Source: Aplysia californica
Lineage: Eukaryota
DNA length: 64,000 bases
Direction of reading: 5' to 3'
Assembly: GCF_000002075.1 (NCBI RefSeq)
Contig: NW_004797634.1
Span: forward strand, 534,539-598,538
Shown piece after piece: positions 12,901 to 24,521 of the stretch. Position 1 is the first letter of the stretch; the number at the start of each line of letters is the position of its first letter. Below the pieces are notes generated by a model, which had not been told where the DNA came from, ran no database searches, and worked only from the letters and a program-made list of their open reading frames with translations. Both the position numbers and the translations under genes were made by a program.

Positions 12901-15900
12901 TCTCAATGATATAAGTTAGAACCAATATGTAACACGCCACACAGACAATGTTAACTACCAGAATTCTCGAGTCAGAACAACCAAATGTCCTCCTCACCTG
13001 CTGTAAAGCCTTGACCTTCTCACTGACAAATGATTCACAAGCATAGCTGGCAGCTTCCCAAAACCTGTAAAATGTATTTTAACAGACTGTATTAGTTTTA
13101 GTAAGTGTTTAGTGGCACTTGCAACACAAATAGATCATATAAGTGCCAAAGATTAGAGGTGTTACAAGACAGTAACAAACACAATAAAAGAAGGAGGAGG
13201 GATAAGGACAATAGATGTTTGATAGAAAAGAAGAAACAAACCACATAAGAGCACCCGCAAACCACCCGCACAAACTCTATACCAAGTGAAATATTACAAT
13301 AGTTTCTATACACACCACTCCTGCACGATAACATCATTATACTTATTTGATTGAATAAAATATATGGATGACAGAATCAAATCAACACTTCCAATTTTAC
13401 AAGTCCCACTAAGGCAACCAACTGACTGGGATATCAAGAAAAGAAGATGGCGGTGGATTGGGCACATGCTAACAAAGCCAGTTCACATTGTGACAAGGCA
13501 AGTCTGAAGATGGATGAGGGAGAAAGAAAGGCTGAAATCCGCCTGGGAATGAGATCTGTAGGCAGATCTGTACACCAGGCTGGAGGTAGAGAAGATCGCC
13601 ACCCACAACAGAGACAGCTGGAGAGCTTTTTTTGGCGGCCTATACCCAAGACCAGGATGAAAGAGACAGTTAATGATGAGTACCTACTGCTTGCAACTAT
13701 ATATTTCCCGGCCACTTGTAAAGCAAGACTTTTGACCTATAGAAATGTAGCATCTAATATTTCTTTTTAAGATAATAAAATATACAAGTAATATAAATAT
13801 ATATTATATATACTCTGACGTAGTTGTTAACTGCATTAGAAGGAAAAGAAGTATCTAATTTCAAATATACCCTTCAAAACAGAACTATGTACAAGCTAAT
13901 AACTAAAGTCTGACAACGTCACACAGACATCACATACTGAAAAATATGACAAAATGTGGTGATGTCACTACAATTATGCCATCAAAGGCACCTAGTGAGA
14001 CGAACAAACAAAGGCAGAATAAAATTCAAACTCAGAGGTACATTTCAATCAAGGCTGAAACTTTGTCTCTTTATGAGAAAAATCAGAAACTCAACATCGA
14101 ACTTTTTTTTTTCAAAAGTAGTTTGGCTATCTTAAACCAAGGCACAAAAAAAAATACCCGCTCTATCTAAGGGCTTACTTCATATATCCCTGAGAGGACA
14201 TCACAAATTCTTGCTTTCTTTCAAGCTCCACTTTATTCTCTTTTAAAAACCTGTCTGCACACACTCCATGGTCTGATCTAAACCAGGAAGACATGAAAAA
14301 ATACATGTAAAGTAAACAATCCAATATAATGGGAACACAAACATTAACATGAATGGAAATATTTGAATCATCAACCAATGAAAAGTTTTTTTGTACATTT
14401 CTAAATAAAGAGTACACATACTTGTATTACCATGCCCATACTACATCAGAGATGGGGCACAACAAATTTCTGTTAAAACAATAAGTCCCAACATTAAATT
14501 AGAAAAAATATTTCTTGTTCATTTATTCTAGGACACCCCAAGAAAGAGAGGAGGTGGCAGGAGACATCTAAAAAAAAAAAACCAATGATCGAAATCATTT
14601 TTGAGACAAAACAGAGTTCATGGTCAGAAATGCCAAAACAAAGTGAACAGAAAAAACATGATTAACATTATGGTGACAGGATTGGGGGGGGGTGGAAGGG
14701 GGGGGAGGAGGGAGAGAGACAAGGCTGTGTCTGTGAGCTAGCCAAGAGACAAGACTAGCTCCATCAGCTTGGAAAATCTCTCGTCTTTAGATTACTCTTT
14801 GTCATCATTGTAACTGCTGTCTGCAGAAAGTGTCACAACGCGGTAGAATCAGGCACTCGTCAATTTTTGAGCATATGGAGCTATTGGTATCATCTTAAAG
14901 CCTTTTCATTTGCCTAGCATTTGATGAAATAAATATCCATTTATCTTGAATAGAAGTCAAGATATTTGCGATTGAAGGAGGTGGGGTCTCCTGGTTACAG
15001 TGATGAAATTAGCGAGAAAATGGCTGCTAAAGTCTGGTAACTTTCATAGCCTGAGTGTCCCTGAAAACTGAAAATTTACAATATTGGGGCCTTTAATCAA
15101 CATTTTTCAGTTAATTCCACACAGAAATGTGTTCTTTAATGAACATGAAAGGTGTTGAGCCAAAAAACGAGAAAATTCGATAAAAATCCATAAACCTGTG
15201 GAAAAATGCCAGTTTCACTTTGAATATTTTGACGAGTGCCTGATTTCACCACGCTGCCTCACAATATTGAAGAAATTTATACTGACTGCTCAGTGACAAA
15301 CTCCGTCATGTCAGTTTTCATAATGGTGTATGGCTGAGTCTTACACTAAACAGTCAATATGTTCCCGATCAACAAAAAAAACAGGGCGTGAATTTATTGA
15401 CATTGTTGCTCACTACTTTTAATTTACCTTTTGTTGAACATGAAATGGTCGCTTTTAAGCACAAGGGGGTTATCCCGATAAATGTTGTTTTGAGAAATCG
15501 AAGATAAAGTTTTCGGACCCATAAAATCTATCTGTAAAAGACAAGGAGAGTTTTTTCTATAACCAAACAAATATACACACCAATGAAACCAAACTTCTCG
15601 TACAGGTAGGGCAGTGCCCATTTTTGGTGCAGGTCAAGACTTCTGAAAACCCCTGAAATCTGGGTCAGCCCGCTTGTCCTTAAAAGCGGCCAGATACTAC
15701 TGCAGTCTACAAGTCAGTCACCAGTTCTGAACATTTGAACAGACTTGTTAGCATACTAACCCACTGATGTGTTCTAGGATTCCTCCACTTTCAATAACGC
15801 AGTCACCCCTCTGGCTTTGCTTGAACGAATGCACCAGCACATCCTTTTGACAAAAATAGCACCAGAAGAAGATTTCTCTGTCCTCCGCTGTCAGCATCCT

Positions 15901-16489
15901 GATCTTGGGTTGGGTGACACTGGCCTTGGCATTCTGAATCTAGAAAGACAGAATAAAAAGAACACAATTCCAGATCATCCTGAAGCTACCTGTGAGATTA
16001 CATAGTAACTGTGTCTCTGTAAAGTCACAGTATTCAAATTTTTTTTTAAATCTTAAATCTGCACTTCTTTTCCTTGAAAGGAGAGTAGGGTTGTATCAAA
16101 CTGAAGATGTTAAATGAAATGTATCCCAAAAATGTTACCCATGCCAAAAAAAATAGGCCCTAGTTTTAAATCTTACAATTCCATTTTATTGATGCTAGGA
16201 GTACAATCTTGCTTCTGCTTTCAGGCATAGCAACAGCCTGTTGTAACACTAACTTTATGAACACACTTTACTACATTTTGAGTCCTCTCTCACAACTGTA
16301 ACAGGCTGACCATCACGGAATCAAACAGAGTCAGGAGAGAACTAGACTTACCTTAGTACTGAATTTCTTCAAAATATTCAACACAATCTCTTGATGCCTC
16401 TTAGAGTACATGTGTTTCCGTGACTTTTTGTAGCTGATCCTACACAGGGGACAGTACAAGAACTGTGTAAATGAGCCAACACTTGACAT
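6346..16489 (-). CDS. CENATAC: CENATAC/CCDC84 orthologue (centrosomal AT-AC splicing factor), 9 coding exons, ~529 aa
   Basis: Exons 16489-16352, 15939-15761, 14277-14179, 13064-12998, 12451-12383, 10381-10229, 9643-9514, 8965-8833 and 6967-6346 join in frame through GT-AG introns (1590 nt). The protein has two N-terminal Zn fingers (CPLCRISYKKSRKHMYSKRH; FWCYFCQ...GGILEHISGSDH) and the CCDC84 C-terminal motifs GNIYTNALPPWL, IGPD, DRTGAKFD and WLPSFGGVW. Confidence 0.9.
7700..8065 (+). mobile_element. I-group (Ingi/Nimb-like) non-LTR retrotransposon 3' fragment
   Basis: One frame reads DQVTIFRLRCGHNRLKHHM...CECQHDQEDANHILQHC (C-terminal zinc knuckle); (GAA)n tail. Confidence 0.75.
8833..8965 (-). 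CDS. CENATAC: CENATAC coding exon 8 (KKLKKKSLLRADRTGAKFD...WLPSFGGVWRHSARTHS)
   Basis: Contains the conserved DRxGAxFD and WLPSFGxVW motifs; acceptor ttttttcag, donor gtaaga. Confidence 0.88.
9514..9643 (-). CDS. CENATAC: CENATAC coding exon 7 (EDDSVGNIYTNALPPWL...IGPDIGDWDKH)
   Basis: Contains the conserved GNIxxxAxPPW and IGP motifs; acceptor gccccacag, donor gtcagt. Confidence 0.85.
10229..10381 (-). CDS. CENATAC: CENATAC coding exon 6 (NDGRQST...FGEGLTALDRTQ)
   Basis: Acceptor ctctgtcacatag, donor gtgaga, 153 nt, phase 0 to 0. Confidence 0.75.
12106..12290. mobile_element. piggyBac-like MITE (TTAA-flanked)
   Basis: ttaatcctttgaaccc ... gggttcaaagggttaa. Confidence 0.55.
12344..12351 (-). 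promoter_or_regulatory. U12-type (minor spliceosome) 5' splice-site motif GTATCCTA competing with the CENATAC exon 5 major donor
   Basis: 7/8 match to the RTATCCTT consensus, 31 nt downstream of the gttggt donor. Confidence 0.55.
12383..12451 (-). CDS. CENATAC: CENATAC coding exon 5 (ITADISGQNLHSQYTLMSATLDK)
   Basis: Acceptor tttctgcag; major donor AAG|gttggt; 69 nt keeps frame with exon 6. Confidence 0.7.
12998..13064 (-). CDS. CENATAC: CENATAC coding exon 4 (FWEAASYACESFVSEKVKALQQ)
   Basis: Acceptor cattttacag, donor gtgagg, 67 nt, phase 2 to 0. Confidence 0.75.
13093..13268 (-). repeat. Abundant ~165-bp interspersed element (representative copy; 13 copies seen)
   Basis: Copies at about 8508-8663, 13093-13268, 23114-23247 (opposite strand), 23375-23497, 23762-23925, 24751-24927, 25305-25400, 29101-29175, 29296-29455, 29664-29835, 33250-33430, 46805-46978 and 56915-57056. 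Shared core ggcacttgcaacacaataaggtcatataagtgccgaagattagaggtgttacaagagagtaac; (ACTAAA)n tail. Confidence 0.85.
13430..13680 (+). mobile_element. Degenerate RTE LINE fragment
   Basis: Contains the RRWRWIGHML motif and a gatgag-type tail; frameshifted. Confidence 0.55.
14179..14277 (-). CDS. CENATAC: CENATAC coding exon 3 (SDHGVCADRFLKENKV...QGYMK)
   Basis: Acceptor cctggtttag, donor gtaagc, 99 nt, phase 2 to 2. Confidence 0.8.
14831..15263. mobile_element. ~430-bp MITE (TGTGAGGCAG family)
   Basis: TIRs ...gaatcaggcactcgtcaa / ttgacgagtgcctgatt...cctcaca; homologous to 58962-59387. Confidence 0.7.
15761..15939 (-). CDS. CENATAC: CENATAC coding exon 2 (IQNAKAS...FWCYFCQ...GGILEHISG)
   Basis: Acceptor tctttctag, donor gttagt, phase 0 to 2; encodes most of the second zinc finger. 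Confidence 0.85.
16352..16489 (-). CDS. CENATAC: CENATAC coding exon 1 (MSSVGSFTQFLYCPLCR...KKFSTK)
   Basis: ATG at 16489; acceptor tctttttcag with the exon starting at 16511; donor gtaagt; encodes the first zinc finger. Confidence 0.85.
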
Positions 16490-16625
16490 TCTGTTACACA
16501 GGTACCAGTCCCTGAAAAAGACAGATAGGCATTATCGTACAAAATTCATTAAAAGACCCAAGCTAAAATGTTATAAATAATGAGTACTTCCCTTACTTGA
16601 CAGTTCCTTTAATAAGGAGAACCAT

Positions 16626-17147
16626 GGGGGGGGCTCTCGTGGCATAGAGGTTAAGGTGTTCATCTCTCATTCAATTTAGGTCCCGGGTTCAAATCCGGAT
16701 AGCGACGGAAAATTTTCTTCTCTAAAATTTTCTCCTTTCACATCCTTTCCTGCTCTCTAACAATGTTCTATTGTCTGCTTTCGTCTCTACTTTCTGCCCC
16801 GACCCCCACACCTCCTTTGCCCCCTCCTCTGGGCTCCTTTCAGCAGCCTTTCTACTGCTTCTCCTTGGCACTTTCTTACTGCTGTCTTTCAGCCACACCC
16901 CTGATGGTAGAATATCTACACCTTGCCTTCTCGGATGAGGGTGAAAAATCTCAGAGGTACCGTGTCCAAGTAGCGCACGTTAAAGATCCCTTGGTGGTCC
17001 AAAATCGATTAGAGTAGGCTTCGGCCATCACCCGTGCAATGCAATTCAAATTTTCCTATCAACTGAAAATGTTTGGTGTGCCTCGCGCGCTCTATATGAC
17101 CTTATGGTGCAATTGCGAGCGCTGTAAAACATTTACCAAAAAAAAAA
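16626..17147 (+). mobile_element. tRNA-derived SINE (~520 bp), full length
   Basis: A box TGGCATAGAGG, B box GGTTCAAATCC, a CT-rich body, a GCACGTTAAAGATCCC core and an A tail. Degenerate TSD aaggagaaccat/aaggagcatcat. A second copy lies at 23996-24521. Confidence 0.85.
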
Positions 17148-17304
17148 GGAGCATCATTAACTCTATAAGCCTATCATCTAGCTGTATGCAGTGGAGTCAA
17201 CTTAAGCTGAAATCTTCGGGATCACTGGATTTTCATCCATTTAAATATCTAGCAGTTTCCGATCTAGATCTAGATTTATCTAGAGAGGTTTCTCAAATTG
17301 AAGT

Positions 17305-17760
17305 GTATCATCATCATCCAGTGCCAGATCTGGAACAGACATCGGCGATCATGGTTTTCCATTCATTCCTTTGCTCGGATGCTCTCAAAAAAGCTACGTT
17401 TCCCTGATCTTTCCCTGTTACCCATTTGTTTAGGTTCCCTAAGTATGTGTACCCCTGCCTCACTTGCCCTCAATTTTGCCAGTGAGAGCTAGATGTTCAA
17501 GACCATTATGTCTATTCAGGTGTCCCAAAAACTGCATTTGTCTTTTCCTGATTGTTTTTAAAATTGAGTGTCCCACGTGGGCTTCATCAAGCACTACCTC
17601 ATTTGATTTCTTTTCCTTCCACGATACTCTTAGCAGTCTCCTAAGGAACCACATTTCTGCTGCTTCTATTTTATTTTCACTGTCTTTAGTGATTGTCCAG
17701 CATTCACACCCATATATAGAAGGGTTGACCAAACATAGAATTTCCTGACTTTCATTTTGT
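17305..17760 (-). mobile_element. RTE-clade LINE 3' fragment
   Basis: YGCECWTITKDSENKIEAAEMWFLRRLLRVSW...RKRQMQFLGH; (GAT)n tail at ~17307-17317. Confidence 0.85.
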
Positions 17761-18266
17761 ATACAGACACGGCAGACTTGCCACTCTATGAAATCTAAAA
17801 ATCAGGATTTTAGAGTTAAAAAATCAGGATCTGGTGAAAAAAATCGGAATCAACTGCAAATCAGTCATAAGGGGCACTGGGGAAAAGGGGGGGGGTTGAC
17901 TTCCATCGTATAATATACACTCAAGGCCCCTCAGAAAAAAAGATCGCGCCAAGGTTGTTCATTTATTTCTTTTTTCTTATTCCTTTATCCTCAATTAGTA
18001 CATGTATCACGGCACGCACAGCCCAAATGTCAAAACAATACCCCCACCCCCTCCCCCCGGTCGTCCCACACTGGTTAAGTCCCGAAAAACACATGTCTGT
18101 GTAACTAGACCTAGGCCATAGATCTAGAAGAACCTAAATTTAGGTCTACCAAGAGGGCGCTGAAACTTTCCGAAATCACAAAAGAGTTCCCCTACCGGGT
18201 CTGTATACTTTGTGACTTTGTTCCCGGTTACCGGGTCTTATACACTCCCTTCTCAAATAGAAAAAA

Positions 18267-18700
18267 GCCTGTGTCTACATACACGGTAACCGGGCACCTA
18301 GTCTCAGTATGAGTATCTACGTACACGGTAACCGGAATGAAAATAAATCAATATTTGTCCTGTGCTGTCACTTGTCGAAAAAAAAAAAAAAAAAGAAAGT
18401 CATACATGTACAAGCGTCTTGTCGGGCTCGCCATCCTGACCGGTCAGTGTACCTGTGCTTTAGCATCACATTGTGAGTACCGGTTGGGGTCACTAAAGTT
18501 CATTCAGTATGTGTGCTGCGAAGTGAAGGGCTCCGGAATGGGGGGATTATTGATTTTTTTAAAAGGTACAGTCGGGGGAAGGCTGGGGTTGAAGGCAACA
18601 CCGGATAACAAAAACTGAACGTGGTGTTCTGAACTGCCTGGTTACCGTGTACGTAGACGCTGAGGCTAGATGCCCGGTTACCGTGTACGTAGACACTCCC
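18267..18700. mobile_element. Mutator-like MITE
   Basis: Long TIRs built from repeats of gtgtctac(a/g)tacacggtaaccgg; 9-bp TSD TAGAAAAAA (18258-18266 and 18701-18709). Confidence 0.65.
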
Positions 18701-18928
18701 TAGAAAAAATAGAAAAATAGCGCAATCCTGTGGATTTCAGTTTACAAAAAAATCAGTCTCCATTATACTGGTAGCATGTGAAGACCATGTCCCCACATAA
18801 TAATTATCGAAATTGTTAGGGTGTTCGCTCCTTGCCCTTGCGAAAGTCCTTCCCATGGTAGACCAAGTTTCAAGTGATAGGGGGTGGGTGGTGAGTGGTG
18901 GTAGTTTTAAAGTAGTTTAGTAGAGGGG

Positions 18929-19710
18929 AAGTGGCTATTCTCATCCGGGGTGAGAATAGAAAAAAACGATCTACCTCTCACCCCAGGTGAGACTTGCCAG
19001 CGTAGGCTATTCTCACCCGGTGCGAAACAAGACCTGCTTTTCCTCATTTTGGAATACTGTCTATCGGTGTGGATGATCAAATTGATAAAAGCCAAGAAAA
19101 AATTACGTTATAGATCTAGCACAAAAGTAAGCTAATTTGATCGTCTTCAAAGATGCTATGGCTATTTCACTGTTCGAATCGAGCCGAACTACGCGGGTCG
19201 CCATTTTGTTTTGCCCGGAAGTTCTCGCAAGATCTACTCCTCCCCTCTCTCTCTCTCTGTCTCTTTCTGAATACTGTCTATCGGTGTGGACGATCAAATT
19301 GACCAAAACAAAGTTTAAAAATGATGTTAAAACAGAAAAGTAAATTAATTTGGTTGTCTACAAAAGATGCTACGGCCATTTAACTTTTCGAATCGAGCCG
19401 AACTACGCGGGTCGCCATTTTGTTTTGACCGAAAGTTCTCGCCCTACTCCTCTCTCTCTCTCTTTCTCTCTCTCTCTCCACTGCCCACAGACAAAATTGT
19501 ACGCTTTTAGTAGACAGTTGTAATGGAACGTTTGTTCACGGCACAGAATTCTACAATGTTTCTGTTATCACAGTGTAGAATTCTGTGGTTTAGGGTGAAC
19601 GCAAAATTTGTTGGCCTAGATCTAGGCTATAACGGTGAACGCGCACCGGGTGAGAATAGCCAAAAGACTAGCCTGCACTATTCTCACCCCGGGTGAGAAT
19701 AGAGGTTGCC
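18929..19710. mobile_element. Foldback/Mutator-like element with an internal tandem duplication
   Basis: Subterminal palindromes ctattctcaccc(c)gggtgagaatag, two ~220-bp internal units and a flanking 11-bp direct repeat TAGTAGAGGGG. Confidence 0.55.
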
Positions 19711-19997
19711 TAGTAGAGGGGCCGCTGGGGCCAAAACTAAAACTGGATATCTCAAACAATCTTGTTAAATAAGGCTGCCCTCAAGAGTTGTCAAGAATTT
19801 GATTCTCACGTAGATCTAGATCTAGATCTAGATCTAGATGTAGTAAGGTTATCATACTAAATCACTGACACTGACATGCCACTGACAAGGGGGTGATCTC
19901 ATTCGAATCATTGCGTAAATTATGAATTTGTTTGCCTTTGTTGTTGGCAGTTGTTCCCTAATTTGGATATAACATATCTTACAAGGACCTTAATTAC

Positions 19998-20200
19998 CTT
20001 ATACAACAAAGGTTTTCATTGTATCGCTACTGTGTGTGTGAAACCGAAAAATTAAGAGAAACAATCTGATACAAAGTTTGAAAATAACAAAGTCTCTTGC
20101 TGCTGTTGGTTTGCCTCAGTGATCCTCCTGATGCTGGCTAAATCTTGAAGTTGAAGTCTTGAAAGAACTCAGTCAATGACAGTTTGACAGTTTAGCAGTT
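19998..20200 (-). other. Probable non-coding first exon (5' UTR) of CENATAC
   Basis: Donor AAG|gtaatt at 19998/19997 upstream of the ATG-containing exon, whose acceptor is at 16512. The 5' end is not defined. Confidence 0.4.
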
Positions 20201-20567
20201 CAAAACCGATAAAGTCGTTTTTCCCAACAGTTTCCGAAAGTACCGAATATAACGAAATAGGCCTTCCTTGTGATTGACAGTGGAAAACAGGCGGGGGTGC
20301 CTAGTATAATTATTAACTAGGCTACCATTAATACTGGTAATAATATAATAGACTAGAATGGCTTGCTTTTTGTCGTAAAGATTCGACACAGGACCTATAA
20401 AATAAATCACCACCCCACCAATTCAAAATATTTTGTGAGGATAGTCATAAAATCATAAATAAACAATCGATCAGTTTTTTTTCCTTCCTTTTCTTTAGAT
20501 ATCTATAATATTTTACTTTCCATCCCTGTAACATGTAAACAATGTACTTCATTTATTTTATTTATTA

Positions 20568-20631
20568 AGAAAGCTTTATTCTGGAACTCCTAGAACCAGA
20601 GAAAGCTTTATTCTGGAACTCCTAGAACCAG
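20568..20631. repeat. Exact 30-bp tandem duplication
   Basis: agaaagctttattctggaactcctagaacc occurs twice in tandem. Confidence 0.85.
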
Positions 20632-22157
20632 TATAAAAGATTATATTTTTATACTAGAATTTTTAGAGGCACGTGCTCTACGTGCCCTCCTGTGGATTCA
20701 AAACGTACAGTTTTAACCGTGTCGTTTGTAATGTTCAGTGGTGGTCAATAAAGGTTAAAACCTTACACACAGAACACTTTTCATTACGAAATATCTTCTA
20801 GATGTAATAAAGGGGTTGGTGGGGTGCCCATGAGACAGCATTTGAGCATTTTTGGAGTTAACATTTCCTAAAAAGTGAAGATAAGCTTTGCCACTGATCC
20901 AAATTAATGTCATCGAGGAAATGTTAACATTTTTCAAGACAATCGAGGAAACACGAATGCTTTGCAATCTTCTTATCCACGTCGCCTCGCGAACATGAAA
21001 ATTGTAGGCCCCTACTGACAATGTCGTCATAGGTGACGATCTGCCTTTAGAATGCGGGCCGTTGATGTGTAGGTATTAAAGTCCTTGCTGCTGACATCGT
21101 TTACGGAAAGACATCTCCAATCTCCATCCTCATGGGACCCGACAATTTAATTCCTAGTGACGTTAAAAGGGGTATAAATGGTGCATGTTCGACTTAAAGT
21201 CGTCTTTTTGTGGAGGATTTTTTAGTTCTGATTCTCAATAGATTCAAACTGACGGAATATGACATCAAATATAAGGTCTTAGGGGCACTTTAGTTTTCTT
21301 TCCGTTCCTTGTGTGAAACTTATGAAATGTCAGGAATGGTGAATTGGAAGCGAGGTAATGTTCAATAAAAAAAATAATTAAAAAAACGTTCTGCCCATTA
21401 CTATAAACTTAACCATTTCTCAACAGGTAAAGAAAACTTGAGAAAAACAATATCTGCAAACGTCTGTTGGCTTGTTAGACTGCTGTCGCTTGATTTATGG
21501 AGTGATGGTTGCGACTTTTAGTTGTAGAGCATCACGTTACACAAATGAGGACAAGGCTAAAAATTGGTTGTTTTATTATGCGCTATCTAGAGGTAAACTG
21601 TTCTATAGAGTCATCTGAAATGAAAATCCAACAAATTCTTGTTGGCTGCCAAAAAATAGTGTGTCAGATTTGAAACGCAAAGCTTCAGTGTGGAGGGAAA
21701 CATGTACAACAAAATATTGTGAAGTTGTTTGTTTTGTTGTTGTTGTTGTTTTTGTGGGGGGGGTGGGGGGGTATACTGTATACATCAATTGTACTTGGAA
21801 ATTCTCCCAACATAGGAATCTAACTCGGGTTTCCTGTGAGTGACGGTGTAGCATGTAACCGCTACACTACAGACACCGGCAAAAGCTGGTGTCAAGAGCT
21901 CTCCATGATACATTCTATTTCTGTCCTGGGCTCTTGTCTTCACCTCTGTCCAAGTGTATCCCATCTCGTTTAGGTCGGAATCATAGCGTACTCTACTAAG
22001 TAAAGAACGCCATGGTCGGAATCCAATTCCCTCCAAGTATTTTAGGCCTTCTTTTCTGTTTCGTTCGTTGTACAGACCTCGGCGGTGAGAAGAATCTCAA
22101 TAATAAGGCTAACGTTTGGTCCGCGTACGCGTGTCGTCGGCCAACGGGACGATTTAG

Positions 22158-22299
22158 TACGGGGTGCCCACTACGGCTGGATCGGGTCGATCGCCAGCCT
22201 CGGTCGCCTCAAACCGAAAACAAATAGGTTCGTTTTTGAGGCGACCAAGTCGTGCGATCAGCCCGATCAGCCGATCCCACTCGTAATGGGCACCCCGTA
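22158..22299. mobile_element. CGGGGTGCCCA-family palindromic MITE
   Basis: tacggggtgccca ... tgggcaccccgta; internally palindromic and CpG-rich. Confidence 0.72.
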
Positions 22300-23995
22300 T
22301 AAGACTCCAAGGTGTGGCTCCAGGCATGAACCACCCGGTCCTGCAGGTTGGGGGTTGAGCTTGGGGTAGCACCTATCCCCCAAGGAACTTAGAACAACTA
22401 TATATAGGCCTACCATAACCTCATTGGTAGCACCCACGTCTTGTAAAAAGAACATCCGTGCTACAGAAACCGTAACAAGAGAAATCGATAAATAAATGTG
22501 TGTATAGGCCTACAAAATGAAGTCTCGTGATAAAAGTTATTCGAAAGATCAGTGTCCTGATTATTGATCACAAAAGAGGAGGAAAATCAATCAATTCCAT
22601 AGCCTCATCTATTCATGGCTTAATAAAGAGTCTTTGTTAAGGTGATGTATCCCTTTCAGCCCAGGCTGACCCTGGTTCGCAGGATCGAACATAGTGCGTC
22701 TCCAAAAACTGTTAATTACAATCAATAAATCATGAGCACGAGGGGTTATAGTTTACAAAAGGTATAAAAATGTGGGAATATTTCCTGAGACATGATACTA
22801 TCTTCCGGGCAAGGTAGCGTGACGTCACACAAATCTGTATTGATAAAACGTTGCATGTGAATTGTCTTTTTCTGCTTTAAATAGAAATAAAAGTCGTCTC
22901 CGAGGTACAATGATGCAAAAACGTTCTGATGCGTTCATGCTGATATTTGTGGAAAAAAGGATTCTGGCTAAACTTGGCAATATATTATAATTGATGCCTT
23001 CGTTGCCAAAAGCTGAGAACTTCGCAGGCATCTATATATTATTTAACTTACTTTAAGGTAGGTTAAGTAAGTCATGTTGCTACAAAATTATCTTTCTCAA
23101 ACAAAGCAAACACGGGTGGTTTGGTGGGTGCCCTGGTGTGGTTTGCTCTTTCTTTCCTGTCAAATAAAAGCGTCCTTATCTTTCCCCCTTCTTTTATATG
23201 ATTATTACTCTCTTGTAACACAATGTAATCGTGGGGCCCTTATATGAAAGAGAGGCATAACGACACAATAATGGCCATTTAGTGTTGGGAAAAGTAACAC
23301 AGACAGACAGAAACAACAGATGGAAAGTGAAGAAGTAGGACCTAACAGTCACGACCTTCTACCACCAGCTACCGAAGTTAGGTGTTACAAGAGAGTAACA
23401 AACACAAAAAAAGAAGGGAAGATAAGAATGAAAGATGTCAGATGATTGATAGAAAATAATAAGGAGCAAACCACACCAGAGCATCCGCCATCTACCCACA
23501 CAAACAGTTTAATCAATAAAATGCAACTAAACATATTATATAAAAGGAAGACAAAAATAATCTAAGAACAACGTACACGAAAGAACGGGGGAAAAGCTAT
23601 CGGTCGGGATCAGATGAAGGTAGGCCTATATATCCTAGTACAAATATTACGTTCATGTTCCGCTTTAAAAGCCAGTCTTTCGTCCCAATAAGCCTCTTTT
23701 CTTTTCTTTAGTTAAAAATAACAGCGCACAGAGTACAAGCAAATGGATGTCGGTGCAAAGATTTTAGTTTTACAGCACTTGCAACACAATTAGATAATAA
23801 TATAAGTGCCAAAGATTAGAAGTGTTACAAGAAAGTAACAAACACAATAAAGGAGGAGAGGTTTGGAAGATAGATGTTTGATAGGAAAGAAGGAGCGAAC
23901 CACACCAGAACACCCACCAACAACCTGCAGGTGCAAAGAGACAAGGGCAGCTCTCTATTGCAAGGAGAATGACTCTCACCAATCGTAAGAGAACT

Positions 23996-24521
23996 TTTTT
24001 TTTTGCTTTTGTAAAGTGTTTTACGGCGCTCGCAACTGCATAGGTCATATGAGCGCGCGGGACACTCCTAATATTTTCAGTTGGTAGGAAATTTTGAATT
24101 TTGCCCGAGTGGCGGCCGAAGCCTACTCTTATCGATTTTAGACCACCAAGGGGTCTTTAACGTGCGCAACTTGCACACGGGCCCTCCGAGATTTTTCGCC
24201 CTTGTCCGAGAAGGCTAGGTGTAGATCTTTCCTACCAGAAGATCAGGGGTGTGGCAGAAAGACAGCAGTAAGGAGGAGCCAAGGAGAAGCAGTAGAAAGG
24301 CTGCAGAAAGAGTCAGGAGCCCACAGGAGGGGTCAAAGGAGGTGAGAGGGAGGGGGCAGAAAGTGGAAATGAAAGCAGACAACAGAACATTGCTAGAGAG
24401 CAGGAAAGGAGGTGAAAGGAGACAATTTTAGAGAAGTAAATTTTTCGGTCGCTACCCGGATTCGAACCCGGGACCTTTGAATGAGAGGCCAACACCTTAA
24501 CCTCTAGGCCACGAGAGCCCC
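23996..24521 (-). mobile_element. tRNA-derived SINE, same family, full length
   Basis: Reverse-complement homologue of 16626-17147, with a perfect 12-bp TSD CGTAAGAGAACT at 23984-23995 and 24522-24533. Confidence 0.88.

Noticed and set aside
16626-16700. tRNA gene
   Set aside because: It has A and B boxes but continues into a 500-bp body with an A tail, TSDs and a second dispersed copy, so it is a SINE head.
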